The notes below the pieces were generated by a model, which saw only the letters and a list, made by a program, of their open reading frames with translations, was not told where the DNA came from and did not search any database. Shown in pieces: positions 9,550-19,027 of a stretch of 64,000 bases of DNA. The translations under genes were made by a program, and so were the position numbers. Each line of letters opens with the position of its first letter. The first letter of the stretch is position 1. The stretch is from Patescibacteria group bacterium (GTDB lineage: Bacteria > Patescibacteriota > Minisyncoccia > Phycocordibacterales > PALSA-1337), in assembly GCA_038065415.1 (NCBI GenBank), contig JBBTRA010000002.1, positions 13,646-77,645 on the forward strand, given 5' to 3'.

Positions 9550-10653
9550 CTACGCCTTCGCAAATTCCTGCTGTCTCTCTTTTTCTTCTTGCGAACGCAG
9601 TCCGTCACGCCCCGCCCTGTAATCTTCTGAGATCTTCGGATCTGGAGGTGTATCTTTGACGATTGCCTTGAGCATTTCTAGCCAGAATGAGAGGCGTAGT
9701 TTGGTAAGCTCACGCAGGTCGCCCGAGGTCTTTTCGAGTGATGTTGCGTAATAGCTGAGCAGGTACCCGATCTTGTAGATACGCATCAGGCGAAGATCAA
9801 GATGCTCATTCTCACCACGATTGACTCGGATATATGAACTGAGCACCTTCTCCAGTGCAGGATTGTGAATGAGCATATAGTTGAGGAAGCGTGCCCAGCC
9901 TTCGTACTTATTGCCAAAATGAACTGCAGAACAGTCGAGCATGTATAGTGCATGGTCTTGCACGCGGAAGTTGTGCGGTACGAAATCGGTATGCGTTAGG
10001 TAGTTGGCATACTTGGCGAGGGTGGCGGAATTTGACTCGAGCAACTTGAGGGCGTCGGCGAGAGGTTGTGGATCAGCCTTGATTTCAGTGAGTGCGGGAC
10101 GCATTTTTTCTGGGAATGCCTTGAATGATTCGATATATTTTTCCGAGCTGAAAACAGTGAAGTTCTTCTGGATTGTCTTGAGATGTTCGAAGGTCGTCGC
10201 ATGGAATGATTCTTGTGCCTCGAATGCACGCAAGATGAGGAAGAATTGCTCTTCAGTGCTGTGATCTACGAAAACTTTGTCCTGGGGGACATATTCCGCG
10301 ATCCAGAACATATATCCGCTCTTCGTGCCGGAATACATTTCTGCAGGGAAGAGAATATACTCAGAAGCAAAGTCGATCGACATGAGGGTATCGCGAGCCG
10401 TCTTTTCTGCGATGATCTCCTTCTGTCCGTCAGGATGATTGCTCGCCTTAACGATGACTGCTTTCTTGTCGGAGGTCCGTATGGCTGCGAGTACGAGTTT
10501 GTTGCGGGTCATGAGATATCTCTCGCCACTCACGTGCGGCTGGTGCTCGTCGAGCTCGTAGCCGAGCGGCTTGAGCAGAGCGGATATGTTCGAGAGCTGG
10601 CCGGCGACATACTGCTTCCAGTCTGCTTCGGAGTGCATTGATTTCATCACCAT
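9550..10653 (-). CDS. Kinase-fold protein (aminoglycoside/choline-kinase-like phosphotransferase family)
   Basis: Catalytic-loop-like HTDFVPHNFRV and …YMLDCSAVHFGNKYEGWARFLNYML… resembling APH/CotS-type HxDxxxxN … D motifs. Confidence 0.45.
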   Translation of the reverse strand: MVMKSMHSEADWKQYVAGQLSNISALLKPLGYELDEHQPHVSGERYLMTRNKLVLAAIRTSDKKAVIVKASNHPDGQKEIIAEKTARDTLMSIDFASEYILFPAEMYSGTKSGYMFWIAEYVPQDKVFVDHSTEEQFFLILRAFEAQESFHATTFEHLKTIQKNFTVFSSEKYIESFKAFPEKMRPALTEIKADPQPLADALKLLESNSATLAKYANYLTHTDFVPHNFRVQDHALYMLDCSAVHFGNKYEGWARFLNYMLIHNPALEKVLSSYIRVNRGENEHLDLRLMRIYKIGYLLSYYATSLEKTSGDLRELTKLRLSFWLEMLKAIVKDTPPDPKISEDYRAGRDGLRSQEEKERQQEFAKA

Positions 10654-10688
10654 TTTATCCTATAGTACCTAGTGATTTTCCGCAATCT

Positions 10689-11648
10689 ATGGATACCGTA
10701 CTCGTAACTGGGGGAGCAGGATTCATCGGGTCTCATGTGGTCCGCAAGCTTATCGACGGCGGATATCGAGTCGTCTGTGTCGACAATTTCAATAGTGTAT
10801 ATGACCCGGCATTCAAAGAAGAGAATATCGCGCCTCTCCTTGTGTATCCGGATGTTTTCAAGCTAGAACGTGTCGATATTCGTGACAAAGTAGCACTCAA
10901 GGTTGTCTTTGAGAAGGAGAAGCCGGTATACGTTATCCACTTAGCGGCATTGGCAGATACACGCAACGCGGTAGATGTCCCTGGAGAGTATGTTGATGTG
11001 AATATAAACGGCACACTCAATGTTCTTGATTTTGCCCGCGACTACAAGGTCAAGAATGTGGCTCTGGCATCATCCTCATCGGTATATGGTAATACGCCAC
11101 GCTTCCCATGGGTCGAATCAGAGAATGCCGATATGCCGCTTTCCCCATACGGAGCCACTAAGCGTGCGATAGAGCTTTTCGCTTATGCATATCATCACAA
11201 TTTTGGACTCAACGTGACCTGCCTGCGTTACTTCAACGCCTATGGTGAGAACAATCGTCCAGGAATGGTGCCGTATGTCTGGACTAACGCGTTGCTTACA
11301 GGAAAAGAAATCGAAATATCTGGTGATGGTTCCCGCAAGCGCGACTACACCTATGTGGGTGATGTAGCTGATGCTACGATCCTCGCGATGCAAAAGCCGC
11401 TCGGGTATGAGATTTTGAATATTGGTAATAGCAACCCGATTTCCTTGGTAGAACTTTTGGTGGTATTAGAAAAGGCAACGGGCAAGACAGCGACCCGTAA
11501 GATGCGCCCGAGTCACTCAGCAAGTGTGGAGACGACGTGTGCAGATATTTCAAAAGCAAAGAAGTTGATCGGTTGGGAGCCGAAGGTTTCTCTCGAAGAA
11601 GGGATGGGGAAGTTGGTGGAGTGGTTTAGGGAGAAGAGGATCAACTAA
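10689..11648 (+). CDS. NAD-dependent nucleotide-sugar epimerase (UDP-glucuronate/UDP-GlcNAc 4-epimerase-like SDR)
   Basis: Start at internal Met (ATG 10689): MDTVLVTGGAGFIGSHVVRKLIDGGYRVVCVDNFNS; …SSSSVYGNTPRFPWVES…YGATK… (YxxxK). Confidence 0.75.
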   Translation: MDTVLVTGGAGFIGSHVVRKLIDGGYRVVCVDNFNSVYDPAFKEENIAPLLVYPDVFKLERVDIRDKVALKVVFEKEKPVYVIHLAALADTRNAVDVPGEYVDVNINGTLNVLDFARDYKVKNVALASSSSVYGNTPRFPWVESENADMPLSPYGATKRAIELFAYAYHHNFGLNVTCLRYFNAYGENNRPGMVPYVWTNALLTGKEIEISGDGSRKRDYTYVGDVADATILAMQKPLGYEILNIGNSNPISLVELLVVLEKATGKTATRKMRPSHSASVETTCADISKAKKLIGWEPKVSLEEGMGKLVEWFREKRIN

Positions 11649-11755
11649 GCACGCTAATGGTGCGGGCGTGTCGGGGAGACTTTGACAGGAGTTGTTATTT
11701 TTGATATAAAAAATTAGGTAAATTGAGTTAGAAAATTGAAAAAGAAAGGGAACCA

Positions 11756-12754
11756 ATGAACAGTGTACCAAGTCGGATCCAAGGCTGTCTCCTGGGCGTC
11801 GCCATCGGCGATGCGCTGGGTATGCCTGTTGAAACCATGTCTCATGATCGAATTATGGAAGCCACAAAAGGGATTGGAATCGATCGCTTCATCGAACCGA
11901 TCAATCGCCGAGACTGGACCAAAGGCATGAAGGCTGGTGCCACGACCGATGATTGGCAACTCACGCGAGCCGTTCTGACGTCACTCATCCGCACTCAAGG
12001 GGTCTTCAGTGTCGCTGATTGCGCAGCTGAACATGTTCGTGAGTCTAGCCAAAGCCTTTTTGGCTGGGGAAAGACGACGCAGGGTGCAATCGATGCGATC
12101 AAGCGGGGAGAACGCGATCCTGAGAAAGATCCACTTCCACCTGCTCCTGTCGGCGGTGGCTGTGGAAATGGGATTGTCATGAAGGTTGCACCGGTTGCTA
12201 TCGCCAACTTTCTACGCCAAAAAGATCACAAAGATCTCTGGCGAGACGTGAAAACCCTTGGTTCGATCACTCACCCAGATATTCTGGCGAGCGTTTCGGC
12301 GTTCGCGGTCGCTGTAATGTTGTGTAAAGTTCTCCAACCCGGAATACTTTCCGCTGGCCAAGTAGGTTTTCTGTTTGAGCAAATGCTTGCTGTCGTTATA
12401 AATTTGGAAAAGGAGGAGAAAATTCCACCTCACGTGTCGAATCGTCTGCTTAAAATTCCCGATTTTTGGAACGATGCAGGGTATCTTCGTAAAGGTGTCG
12501 GTTGTGGATTCTACGCGATCGATACGGCTGCCTTTGCGATTGGCACATTCTTACGGCACACGAATTCTTTCCGACAAGGAGTGCTCGAGGCGGTGAATGC
12601 TGGTGGTGACACAGACACCAACGCATCCGTAGTTGGTGCTCTCATTGGAGCCAATGTTGGCCTCGAAGGAATTCCTGATGAGTGGAAATGCTTCAGTGAG
12701 GAGTTCAAAGAGCCTCAAGTTCTCGGTCACCAACTGTCGCTCATTACGGCCTAA
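11756..12754 (+). CDS. ADP-ribosylglycohydrolase family protein
   Basis: GCLLGVAIGDALGMPVE…TTDDWQLT…GGDTDTNASVVGALIGA: Mg-binding motifs of ARH (DraG-like) fold; AT-rich promoter and RBS aaaggga upstream. Confidence 0.7.
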   Translation: MNSVPSRIQGCLLGVAIGDALGMPVETMSHDRIMEATKGIGIDRFIEPINRRDWTKGMKAGATTDDWQLTRAVLTSLIRTQGVFSVADCAAEHVRESSQSLFGWGKTTQGAIDAIKRGERDPEKDPLPPAPVGGGCGNGIVMKVAPVAIANFLRQKDHKDLWRDVKTLGSITHPDILASVSAFAVAVMLCKVLQPGILSAGQVGFLFEQMLAVVINLEKEEKIPPHVSNRLLKIPDFWNDAGYLRKGVGCGFYAIDTAAFAIGTFLRHTNSFRQGVLEAVNAGGDTDTNASVVGALIGANVGLEGIPDEWKCFSEEFKEPQVLGHQLSLITA

Positions 12755-12766
12755 CGAGCATACAAC

Positions 12767-12797
12767 CCGCTGATTCTATCAGCGGTTTTTTATTTTT
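12767..12797 (+). terminator. Rho-independent terminator (CCGCTGA-ttcta-TCAGCGG + T-run)
   Basis: Perfect 7-bp stem followed by TTTTTTATTTTTT, 13 nt after ARH stop; overlaps stop of convergent GT4 gene. Confidence 0.65.
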
Positions 12798-13935
12798 TCA
12801 CAACCTTCCCAAAAATCCCTTCCAAACCTTTAAGGTGGCCTTCCCAGGAGAATTTTTCATGCAGTAATTTTGTCCCACCCGCGACCAACTTCTTACAGAG
12901 CGCCTGATCTGTGAACAGTCTCTCTATTGCCGCGGCAAGCGCAGCATCATCACCGGGCTTCACAAGGAGGCCGGTTTGCTCATGATAGATGGCCTCATTT
13001 GTGCCAGAGATATCTGTGGCGACCACTGGTATCTCAGCCGCAAAGCTGGTGAGTACAGTGTGGGGAAGTCCTTCATAGGTTGAGTTCAGGACATATACAG
13101 AAGAATTCTTACGGACATGCCAAGTCTCCGCGCGTGATACTTTTCCAAGGAATGAGATGTTGTTTTCGACACCGAGATCCTGGGTGAGCTTTTTGAGGTT
13201 TTCGGTCTCTGGTCCATCGCCGGCAATGACTGCGCGCACATCAGGGAACCTCTTGCGGACGATGGCCATGGCTCGGATGATGCCGTCGATGCCTTTCCAT
13301 GCGGTGAGGCGAGCGGTGACCGCGATTTGGTGTGCGATAGGAGGTTTTGGTTCGAAAGGAAGCACCTCTGTTTCCTCGGCAGCATTGTAGTTCACGACGC
13401 TGCGCTCACGGCGGACGCCGTAGGCCTTGATGAGTTCCTCGGAGAGATATGCAGACGGTGTGGTCACACATGCTGCACGACGGAGCACCCAACCTTGGAC
13501 GCGCATCATCGCGCGAATCTTCCAGTCACCCTCAGGATTCGTGAGGAACTCCTCGAGGCGTTTCTTGGTGAGGCGTCTTTGAGTTGCGCGTTCCCATGCT
13601 TCGTCACCCACGAACTTGAGTACGAATGGTGTTCGCAATACGCTACAGACGATCGCTGTCGGTAGACCTGCAGCCATCGCATTTTGCACATATACGAGGT
13701 CTGCACCGCGAGCAGCTTTGAGCAAGGTGAGGAGATACAGAGGAAGGCGAACAGGCAGCGGCTTACGCTTGCTCACGGGCATCAGCTTTGTTCCCTCAAA
13801 AGCCGTGCCAACATCCGTGTATGCGACAACTGTTATGTCGTGGGTGCCATGGAGTCGCTCGCAAAGCTCTTTGGTATAGGTGGCTGGACCGCCGATTTCA
13901 GGAGGGTATATAGGAGTTGCTATGACGATCTTCAT
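12790..13935 (-). CDS. Glycosyltransferase family 4
   Basis: Start at Met10 (revcomp ATG 13933-13935): MKIVIATPIYPPEIGGPATYT…; …EGLPHTVLTSFAAEIPVVATDISGTNEAIYHEQTGLLV…. Confidence 0.7.
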   Translation of the reverse strand: MKIVIATPIYPPEIGGPATYTKELCERLHGTHDITVVAYTDVGTAFEGTKLMPVSKRKPLPVRLPLYLLTLLKAARGADLVYVQNAMAAGLPTAIVCSVLRTPFVLKFVGDEAWERATQRRLTKKRLEEFLTNPEGDWKIRAMMRVQGWVLRRAACVTTPSAYLSEELIKAYGVRRERSVVNYNAAEETEVLPFEPKPPIAHQIAVTARLTAWKGIDGIIRAMAIVRKRFPDVRAVIAGDGPETENLKKLTQDLGVENNISFLGKVSRAETWHVRKNSSVYVLNSTYEGLPHTVLTSFAAEIPVVATDISGTNEAIYHEQTGLLVKPGDDAALAAAIERLFTDQALCKKLVAGGTKLLHEKFSWEGHLKGLEGIFGKVVKK

Positions 13936-13969
13936 GCAAGTAAAGTAACACAAAAACAGCAAATAGTGT

Positions 13970-14845
13970 ATGATACTTCGTACCTATATGAGTGCTTCTC
14001 TCTCGCCCAAGCCACGCATCGGATTTATCGGTCAGGGATTTATTGGCAAGAATTATGCCGATGACTTCGAAGTTCGCGGGTATTCTGTGACCCGGTATGC
14101 AGCAGAACCTGCATATGTCGGCAACAAGGATGTAATCAAGGAATGCGACATTGTATTCATAGCTGTCCCCACTCCGACGACCCTGAAAGGGTTTGATGAC
14201 CACATAGTGCGAGAGGTCGTGAAGCTAGTCGGCAAAGGTAAAATTGCAGTGATCAAGTCGACACTCATTCCGGGAACAACAGTTTCGATACAAAAAGAGA
14301 ATCCCGATATATTTGTTTTTCATTCACCAGAGTTCCTTACGGAGGCTACTGCATCGAAGGATGCTGCTCATCCTCTGCGCAATATTGTCGGCGCACCTAT
14401 TGATTCTAGCGAGTACAAAAATAAGGCACAGGAGGTCATCGCGATCTTGCCGAAGGCGCCCTATGAGCTTGTCTGCTCTTCGCAGGAGGCCGAGCTCATC
14501 AAGTATGGCGGCAACTGCTTCCTCTATACGAAAATCGTGTATATGAATATGCTTTATGACTATGCAGCATCGCTCGGGTGCAATTGGGATGTGATTTCTG
14601 AGGCGATGGTGCACGATCCGCGTATCGGTGTAAGTCATATGAAGCCGCACCACGCATCAGGTCGGGGTGCGGGAGGTAATTGCTTCATCAAGGATTTCGA
14701 GGCGTTCATCGAGGGGTATAAGAAGAATAATCCACATGATATTGCGGGTATCGAAGCACTGGAAGGATTCAAGAACAAGAATTATGATTTACTGAAATCA
14801 TCAGGGAAAGATCTCAATCTGCTCAAAGAGGTAACGGGGGAATGA
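13970..14845 (+). CDS. UDP-glucose/GDP-mannose dehydrogenase-family protein, short form (291 aa; lacks most of C-terminal UDP-binding domain)
   Basis: RIGFIGQGFIGKNYADDF (Rossmann), CDIVFIAVPTPT, HSPEFLTEATASKDAAHPLRNIVG, catalytic-Cys motif GGNCFIKDFEAF (cf. UGDH GGSCFPKD). Paralog of 20178..21071. Confidence 0.55.
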   Translation: MILRTYMSASLSPKPRIGFIGQGFIGKNYADDFEVRGYSVTRYAAEPAYVGNKDVIKECDIVFIAVPTPTTLKGFDDHIVREVVKLVGKGKIAVIKSTLIPGTTVSIQKENPDIFVFHSPEFLTEATASKDAAHPLRNIVGAPIDSSEYKNKAQEVIAILPKAPYELVCSSQEAELIKYGGNCFLYTKIVYMNMLYDYAASLGCNWDVISEAMVHDPRIGVSHMKPHHASGRGAGGNCFIKDFEAFIEGYKKNNPHDIAGIEALEGFKNKNYDLLKSSGKDLNLLKEVTGE

Positions 14846-14850
14846 AAAAA

Positions 14851-14879
14851 GCGGCGCAGGAATCAGATTCCTGCGCCGC
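14851..14879. terminator. Terminator hairpin between convergent genes (GCGGCGCAGGAAT-cag-ATTCCTGCGCCGC)
   Basis: Perfect 13-bp inverted repeat; A-run upstream gives T-run for the minus-strand transcript. Confidence 0.6.
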
Positions 14880-14899
14880 TGTCAGTGTGGGTGACTGCC

Positions 14900-15691
14900 T
14901 CAGTCTTTTGTCCGAATTTTGATCTTGAATGATCCCGGAACTGACTTTTCGGATATAACAAAGAGGTAGCCTCCACCACATCCAGAGTACATCGCACCCA
15001 GACTGTGCCTCTGGTATGTTTTGAGGATACCTTTGAGGTCTGTCTTTATCGTACGATGCCGGATCGTTGCGGGGAGAATCGTCTCCCAGCATTCCATGCA
15101 CTCATTGAACGACCTTCCAAGTTTGCGGGGGTCCATCTCCGTAATTGCTCGGAAACAATCTGTGCCGCTTTGCCCGAGTCGTGCGATCCATTCTGGATCG
15201 AGATGTTTGATTCCGAGAGGATCGTATCCGGGTGGTCGTGGTGCGATAGGTAAAACATGCAGTACCTCCTCGAGCCAGTGAGCGTGAGCGGCGTCAGTAA
15301 TCGATGCTATATTCGTGGGGAATACACCTCGATGTGAACTGTAATTGTAGTCAAGCCGATTGATCCCTGGATACAATAGGCCGATCATGTCTTGGGAACC
15401 GCTCGGAGCGGACTTACCTTTGTTCTCTGCAACATAGAGCTCGCGAACGAGGGATTCTCGTGGCCGCCAGGGGAGACCATCTGGCCAGAGTTTGATGGCT
15501 GTGGAGCGTGTGCTTCCTGCGAGACCCGAGCGCTCCATGGGCAGGAAGTCAGGTTCGATCTGGGCGACAACCATTGATCCGAAGGGTTGTGTATTGAGTT
15601 TTGACACAAACGGCTGGTCAATCCATCCTCCGGCGAGGGCGATCCGATGCGGCATTGAGCCGATGATCGGTGTGATGGGATATTTCTTCAT
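14900..15691 (-). CDS. GHMP-kinase-family protein (short, 263 aa; sugar/sugar-phosphate kinase candidate)
   Basis: …RSGLAGSTRS… (GHMP motif-II-like) and C-terminal …SGCGGGYLFV… (motif III); lone minus-strand gene among plus-strand glycan genes. Confidence 0.45.
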   Translation of the reverse strand: MKKYPITPIIGSMPHRIALAGGWIDQPFVSKLNTQPFGSMVVAQIEPDFLPMERSGLAGSTRSTAIKLWPDGLPWRPRESLVRELYVAENKGKSAPSGSQDMIGLLYPGINRLDYNYSSHRGVFPTNIASITDAAHAHWLEEVLHVLPIAPRPPGYDPLGIKHLDPEWIARLGQSGTDCFRAITEMDPRKLGRSFNECMECWETILPATIRHRTIKTDLKGILKTYQRHSLGAMYSGCGGGYLFVISEKSVPGSFKIKIRTKD

Positions 15692-15794
15692 ATGAGGTGA
15701 GCAGGGCTTCTCTGGAGCCTACGCTAGCACGACGGAGCGGCCTCAGACAATGCCGCCGTACACAAAAAATCGAAATAGTGTACTATTACATGAT

Positions 15795-16814
15795 ATGAGA
15801 ATCCTCATTGCTTCAGGTATATATCCACCAGATATCGGCGGGGCGGCGCAGTATGCCCGCAATCTCTATGAGGCGTGGAAGTCTTCGGGCAACGACGTCA
15901 AAGTTGCCGCCTACCGTTGGGAGCGCGCATTCCCGCCACTGGTGCGTCACATACTCTTTTTCCTCAAGATTATCCGTAAGGGTTGGAACGCCGACCTCAT
16001 CCTTATTCTCGATACCTGGAGTGCTGCTGTTCCGGCGATGTATGCATGCAAGCTCATGCGCAAGAAGTATCTCATTCGCACCGGAGGAGACTTCTTATGG
16101 GAGAGCTATACTGAGCGAACTGGCGATCTGGTTTTGTTCAGGGATTTTTATTCAACAAGCATGAGCAAGCTCTCAACCAAAGAGAAGCTGGTGTTCAAAC
16201 TTGGAGGTGATGCTCTGCGCGGTGCAGCAAAAATCATATTCAGTACTTCGTGGCAAAAAGAAATATTCGAAAAAGCATATACTCTCGACTCGCACAAGAG
16301 CGTCATTATCGAGAATTATTGTGGCGAACGTGAGCCTACGGTAGAGCCAGAAAATCGTATGTTCGTTGCTGGTACTCGTCCGCTCAAATGGAAGAATGTG
16401 GAGTTCCTCAAAGAGTGTTTTACTGAAGCCAGTGACGCATTGCAGAAGCTTGGTCTCGAACCTATAGAGCTCGATTGTGGAAAGGCGGTGTATGACAGCT
16501 TCCTGGAGAAGATTCATCGTTCCTATGCCGTGATCCTGGTGTCTCTGGGTGATATCAGTCCAAATATGATCTTTGACGCAGTAAAATGTGGCACGCCGTT
16601 CATCGTCACGCAGGAAATCGGTATCCGCCATCGTATCGAGGATGCCGCACTCTTTGTGGATCCGAAAAATAAGAAGGATATCGTGGACAAGATCATATGG
16701 CTCGCAGATCCGAAGAATAGGGCGATACAAGCGGGGAAAGTGAGAGGTTTGTCATTTACCCATTCCTGGGCTCAGATAGGTAGTGAGATTGTCGAGGTGT
16801 GGAAGAGTTTGTAA
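15795..16814 (+). CDS. Glycosyltransferase (GT-B fold, GT4-like)
   Basis: Start at internal Met (ATG 15795): MRILIASGIYPPDIGGAAQYARNLYEAW (same N-terminal pattern as 12790 gene). Confidence 0.6.
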   Translation: MRILIASGIYPPDIGGAAQYARNLYEAWKSSGNDVKVAAYRWERAFPPLVRHILFFLKIIRKGWNADLILILDTWSAAVPAMYACKLMRKKYLIRTGGDFLWESYTERTGDLVLFRDFYSTSMSKLSTKEKLVFKLGGDALRGAAKIIFSTSWQKEIFEKAYTLDSHKSVIIENYCGEREPTVEPENRMFVAGTRPLKWKNVEFLKECFTEASDALQKLGLEPIELDCGKAVYDSFLEKIHRSYAVILVSLGDISPNMIFDAVKCGTPFIVTQEIGIRHRIEDAALFVDPKNKKDIVDKIIWLADPKNRAIQAGKVRGLSFTHSWAQIGSEIVEVWKSL

Positions 16815-16818
16815 GATC

Positions 16819-17835
16819 ATGCAGCAGAAGAAATTACTCATGATAAGCACGGACCGTAAGATCTTCCAAGAAGGGAGTGCTGTCAGAGCGCGTCAGGCTG
16901 AATATGCAAAAGGATGGGCAGAGGTGCACATACTGGTTTTCGATGACGCGCGGAGTTTGAATGGGGAAACAGTCATCGCACCAAATTGTTGGGCGTATCC
17001 CATACAGTCCCGAGCCAAAATTCTGCACCCATTTGGCACGATGAAGCTCGGGAAATTCCTTGTTGTGAAGAGAGGAATCACAGATGTTACATGTCAGGAT
17101 CCGTTTTTGACGGCTATGGCAGGCATCGGGCTCAAGAAGGATTTTCCACAGGTGCGCCTAGAGATGCAGGTACACAGTGATATTGGTAGTACCTACTTCA
17201 CATACTCCTTCGGCAATAAGATCAGGAAATCTCTCGCATTGAGCTATCTCCCAAAGGCTGATCATGTGCGTGTCGTTTCGGGCAAGATTAGGGATTTCCT
17301 TGTCGAGAAACTAGGGACTCCAGATTCGAAGATTGAAGTCAGGCCGATATTTGTGGATACGGAGAAAATCAAGACTGCACCGGTCATCGAAACCGCGGAT
17401 CTCCGCAAGAAATATCCTCAGTTCGGAAAGATCGTACTGGTAGCCTCACGTCTTGAAAAAGAGAAGAATGTCGCTTTGGCTATAAGCTCATGGAAAAAGA
17501 TCACCGAGAAGGCGCCGAGTGCTGGCTTGGTTATTGTGGGTTCTGGGTCAGAGCTGGCGACCTTGAAAAGCATGGTCACGGATCTAGGACTAAATACCAC
17601 CGTTGTCTTCGAAGGTTGGGCTGATCAGGCTACACTGTATTCGTACTACAAGACTGTTGATGTTTTCGTGAATACGTCCCTCTTCGAAGGGTATGGCATG
17701 ACGCTTGTCGAAGCTCATGCGGCTGGATGTCCGATCGTATCGACGGATGTTGGTGTCGCCAAAGAAGTCGGTGCTATCATAGCTGCGTGGGATGAATCAG
17801 ATGTTGCGGACAAAGTCGCTTCAGTCCTCGTATAA
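16819..17835 (+). CDS. Glycosyltransferase family 4
   Basis: Start MQQKKLLMIST… (ATG 16819, 4 nt after previous stop); …EGYGMTLVEAHAAGCPIVSTDVGVAKEV…. Confidence 0.65.
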   Translation: MQQKKLLMISTDRKIFQEGSAVRARQAEYAKGWAEVHILVFDDARSLNGETVIAPNCWAYPIQSRAKILHPFGTMKLGKFLVVKRGITDVTCQDPFLTAMAGIGLKKDFPQVRLEMQVHSDIGSTYFTYSFGNKIRKSLALSYLPKADHVRVVSGKIRDFLVEKLGTPDSKIEVRPIFVDTEKIKTAPVIETADLRKKYPQFGKIVLVASRLEKEKNVALAISSWKKITEKAPSAGLVIVGSGSELATLKSMVTDLGLNTTVVFEGWADQATLYSYYKTVDVFVNTSLFEGYGMTLVEAHAAGCPIVSTDVGVAKEVGAIIAAWDESDVADKVASVLV

Positions 17836-17847
17836 TACATATTCACT

Positions 17848-18291
17848 ATGATGGAAAAGATAGCAACTACATATACCAACCTCGGAACCGCGTATCCGTT
17901 CTGGTTCAAATTGGGGCGCTTTTGTATATCTGGGGGCGCGGGAGCAGCCATTAATATCGGTATTCTTTTTCTGCTCACGCATATTTTCAGTGTCTGGTAT
18001 CTGCTCTCGTCGGTTATTGCTTTCCTCATATCATTTTGCGCAAGCTTCATATTCCAGAAATTCTGGACTTTTGGTGATACCAAGACTGAACGACTTCACG
18101 TACAAGCGGGATGGTATCTCATTGTTGCTGTGGTTAATCTCGCACTTAACATCTCAATCATGTATGCATTGGTTGAATGGGCCGGGTTCCACTATATCGG
18201 CGCACAGCTCATCTCAAGTGCGACCATAGCACTTGAGAGTTATTTCGCGTATCAGGCAATATTCAAAGCATCTCAGCAAGTCCGCTCGTAG
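17848..18291 (+). CDS. GtrA-family membrane protein (polysaccharide-synthesis associated; putative lipid-linked sugar translocation)
   Basis: 147 aa, four TM helices, …FWFKLGRFCISGGAGAAINIGILFLLTHIFS…. Confidence 0.65.
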   Translation: MMEKIATTYTNLGTAYPFWFKLGRFCISGGAGAAINIGILFLLTHIFSVWYLLSSVIAFLISFCASFIFQKFWTFGDTKTERLHVQAGWYLIVAVVNLALNISIMYALVEWAGFHYIGAQLISSATIALESYFAYQAIFKASQQVRS

Positions 18292-18328
18292 GCTCGCTTT
18301 TGAGTCCGCATATGATATCCTTACCGGC

Positions 18329-19027
18329 ATGAAACTTTCCATAGTCATCCCTGCGTATAACGAAGAAAAGACAGTCGAAAAGATCCTGGCTGCGGTCGAT
18401 GCGGTCGTATTGCCAGGAGGTATAACCAAGGAGATTATCGTCGTTGATGATTGTTCCAAGGACAAAACATTTGAGGTGCTCCAGAGTCTCCAGAAGAGGT
18501 ACAACCTTATTTTGTCCCGTCATGCCATCAACCAGGGTAAGGGTGCTTCAGTTACCGATGGTATACGTATTTCGACGGGTGATGTAGTGGTTATACAAGA
18601 TGCTGATCTTGAATACGACCCGAAGGAGTTTTCACTTCTCTTGGAGCCGATACTTGCAGGCGATGCTGATGTGGTCTACGGTTCGCGCTTCATCAGCAAT
18701 CGTCCGCACCGCGTGCTCTATTTCTGGCACTCTATGGGCAATAAGTTTTTGACCCTGTTCTCCAACATCTTCACTGATCTCAATATCACCGATATGGAGA
18801 CCTGCTACAAAATGTTCACGAGGAAAGTCGTTGATGATATCAAGGACAAGTTGGTCTCCAAGAGATTTGGCATCGAGCCGGAGATTACGGCACGGGTCAA
18901 GAGATATCGTATATACGAAGTAGGTATTTCATACAAAGGCAGAACGTACGCTGAAGGCAAGAAAATCGGCTGGAAGGATGGATTCTCTGCGCTCTGGTGC
19001 ATCATCCGCTTCAATCTATTCGCATGA
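18329..19027 (+). CDS. Glycosyltransferase family 2, polyprenyl-phosphate sugar synthase-like (GtrB/DPM1-like)
   Basis: Start at internal Met (ATG 18329): MKLSIVIPAYNEEKTVEKIL…VVVDDCSKDKTFEV…VIQDADLEYDP… (DxD). Confidence 0.75.
   Translation: MKLSIVIPAYNEEKTVEKILAAVDAVVLPGGITKEIIVVDDCSKDKTFEVLQSLQKRYNLILSRHAINQGKGASVTDGIRISTGDVVVIQDADLEYDPKEFSLLLEPILAGDADVVYGSRFISNRPHRVLYFWHSMGNKFLTLFSNIFTDLNITDMETCYKMFTRKVVDDIKDKLVSKRFGIEPEITARVKRYRIYEVGISYKGRTYAEGKKIGWKDGFSALWCIIRFNLFA

Noticed and set aside
9330-9659. 109-aa plus-strand ORF and a tRNA-like GGTGTAGTTTGG segment at 9427-9470
   Set aside because: ORF overlaps 3' end of the kinase-like gene on the other strand; the tRNA-like stretch cannot be folded into a cloverleaf (D-stem and acceptor do not pair).
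16173-16730. 185-aa minus-strand ORF
   Set aside because: Antisense within GT gene 15795..16814; no motifs.
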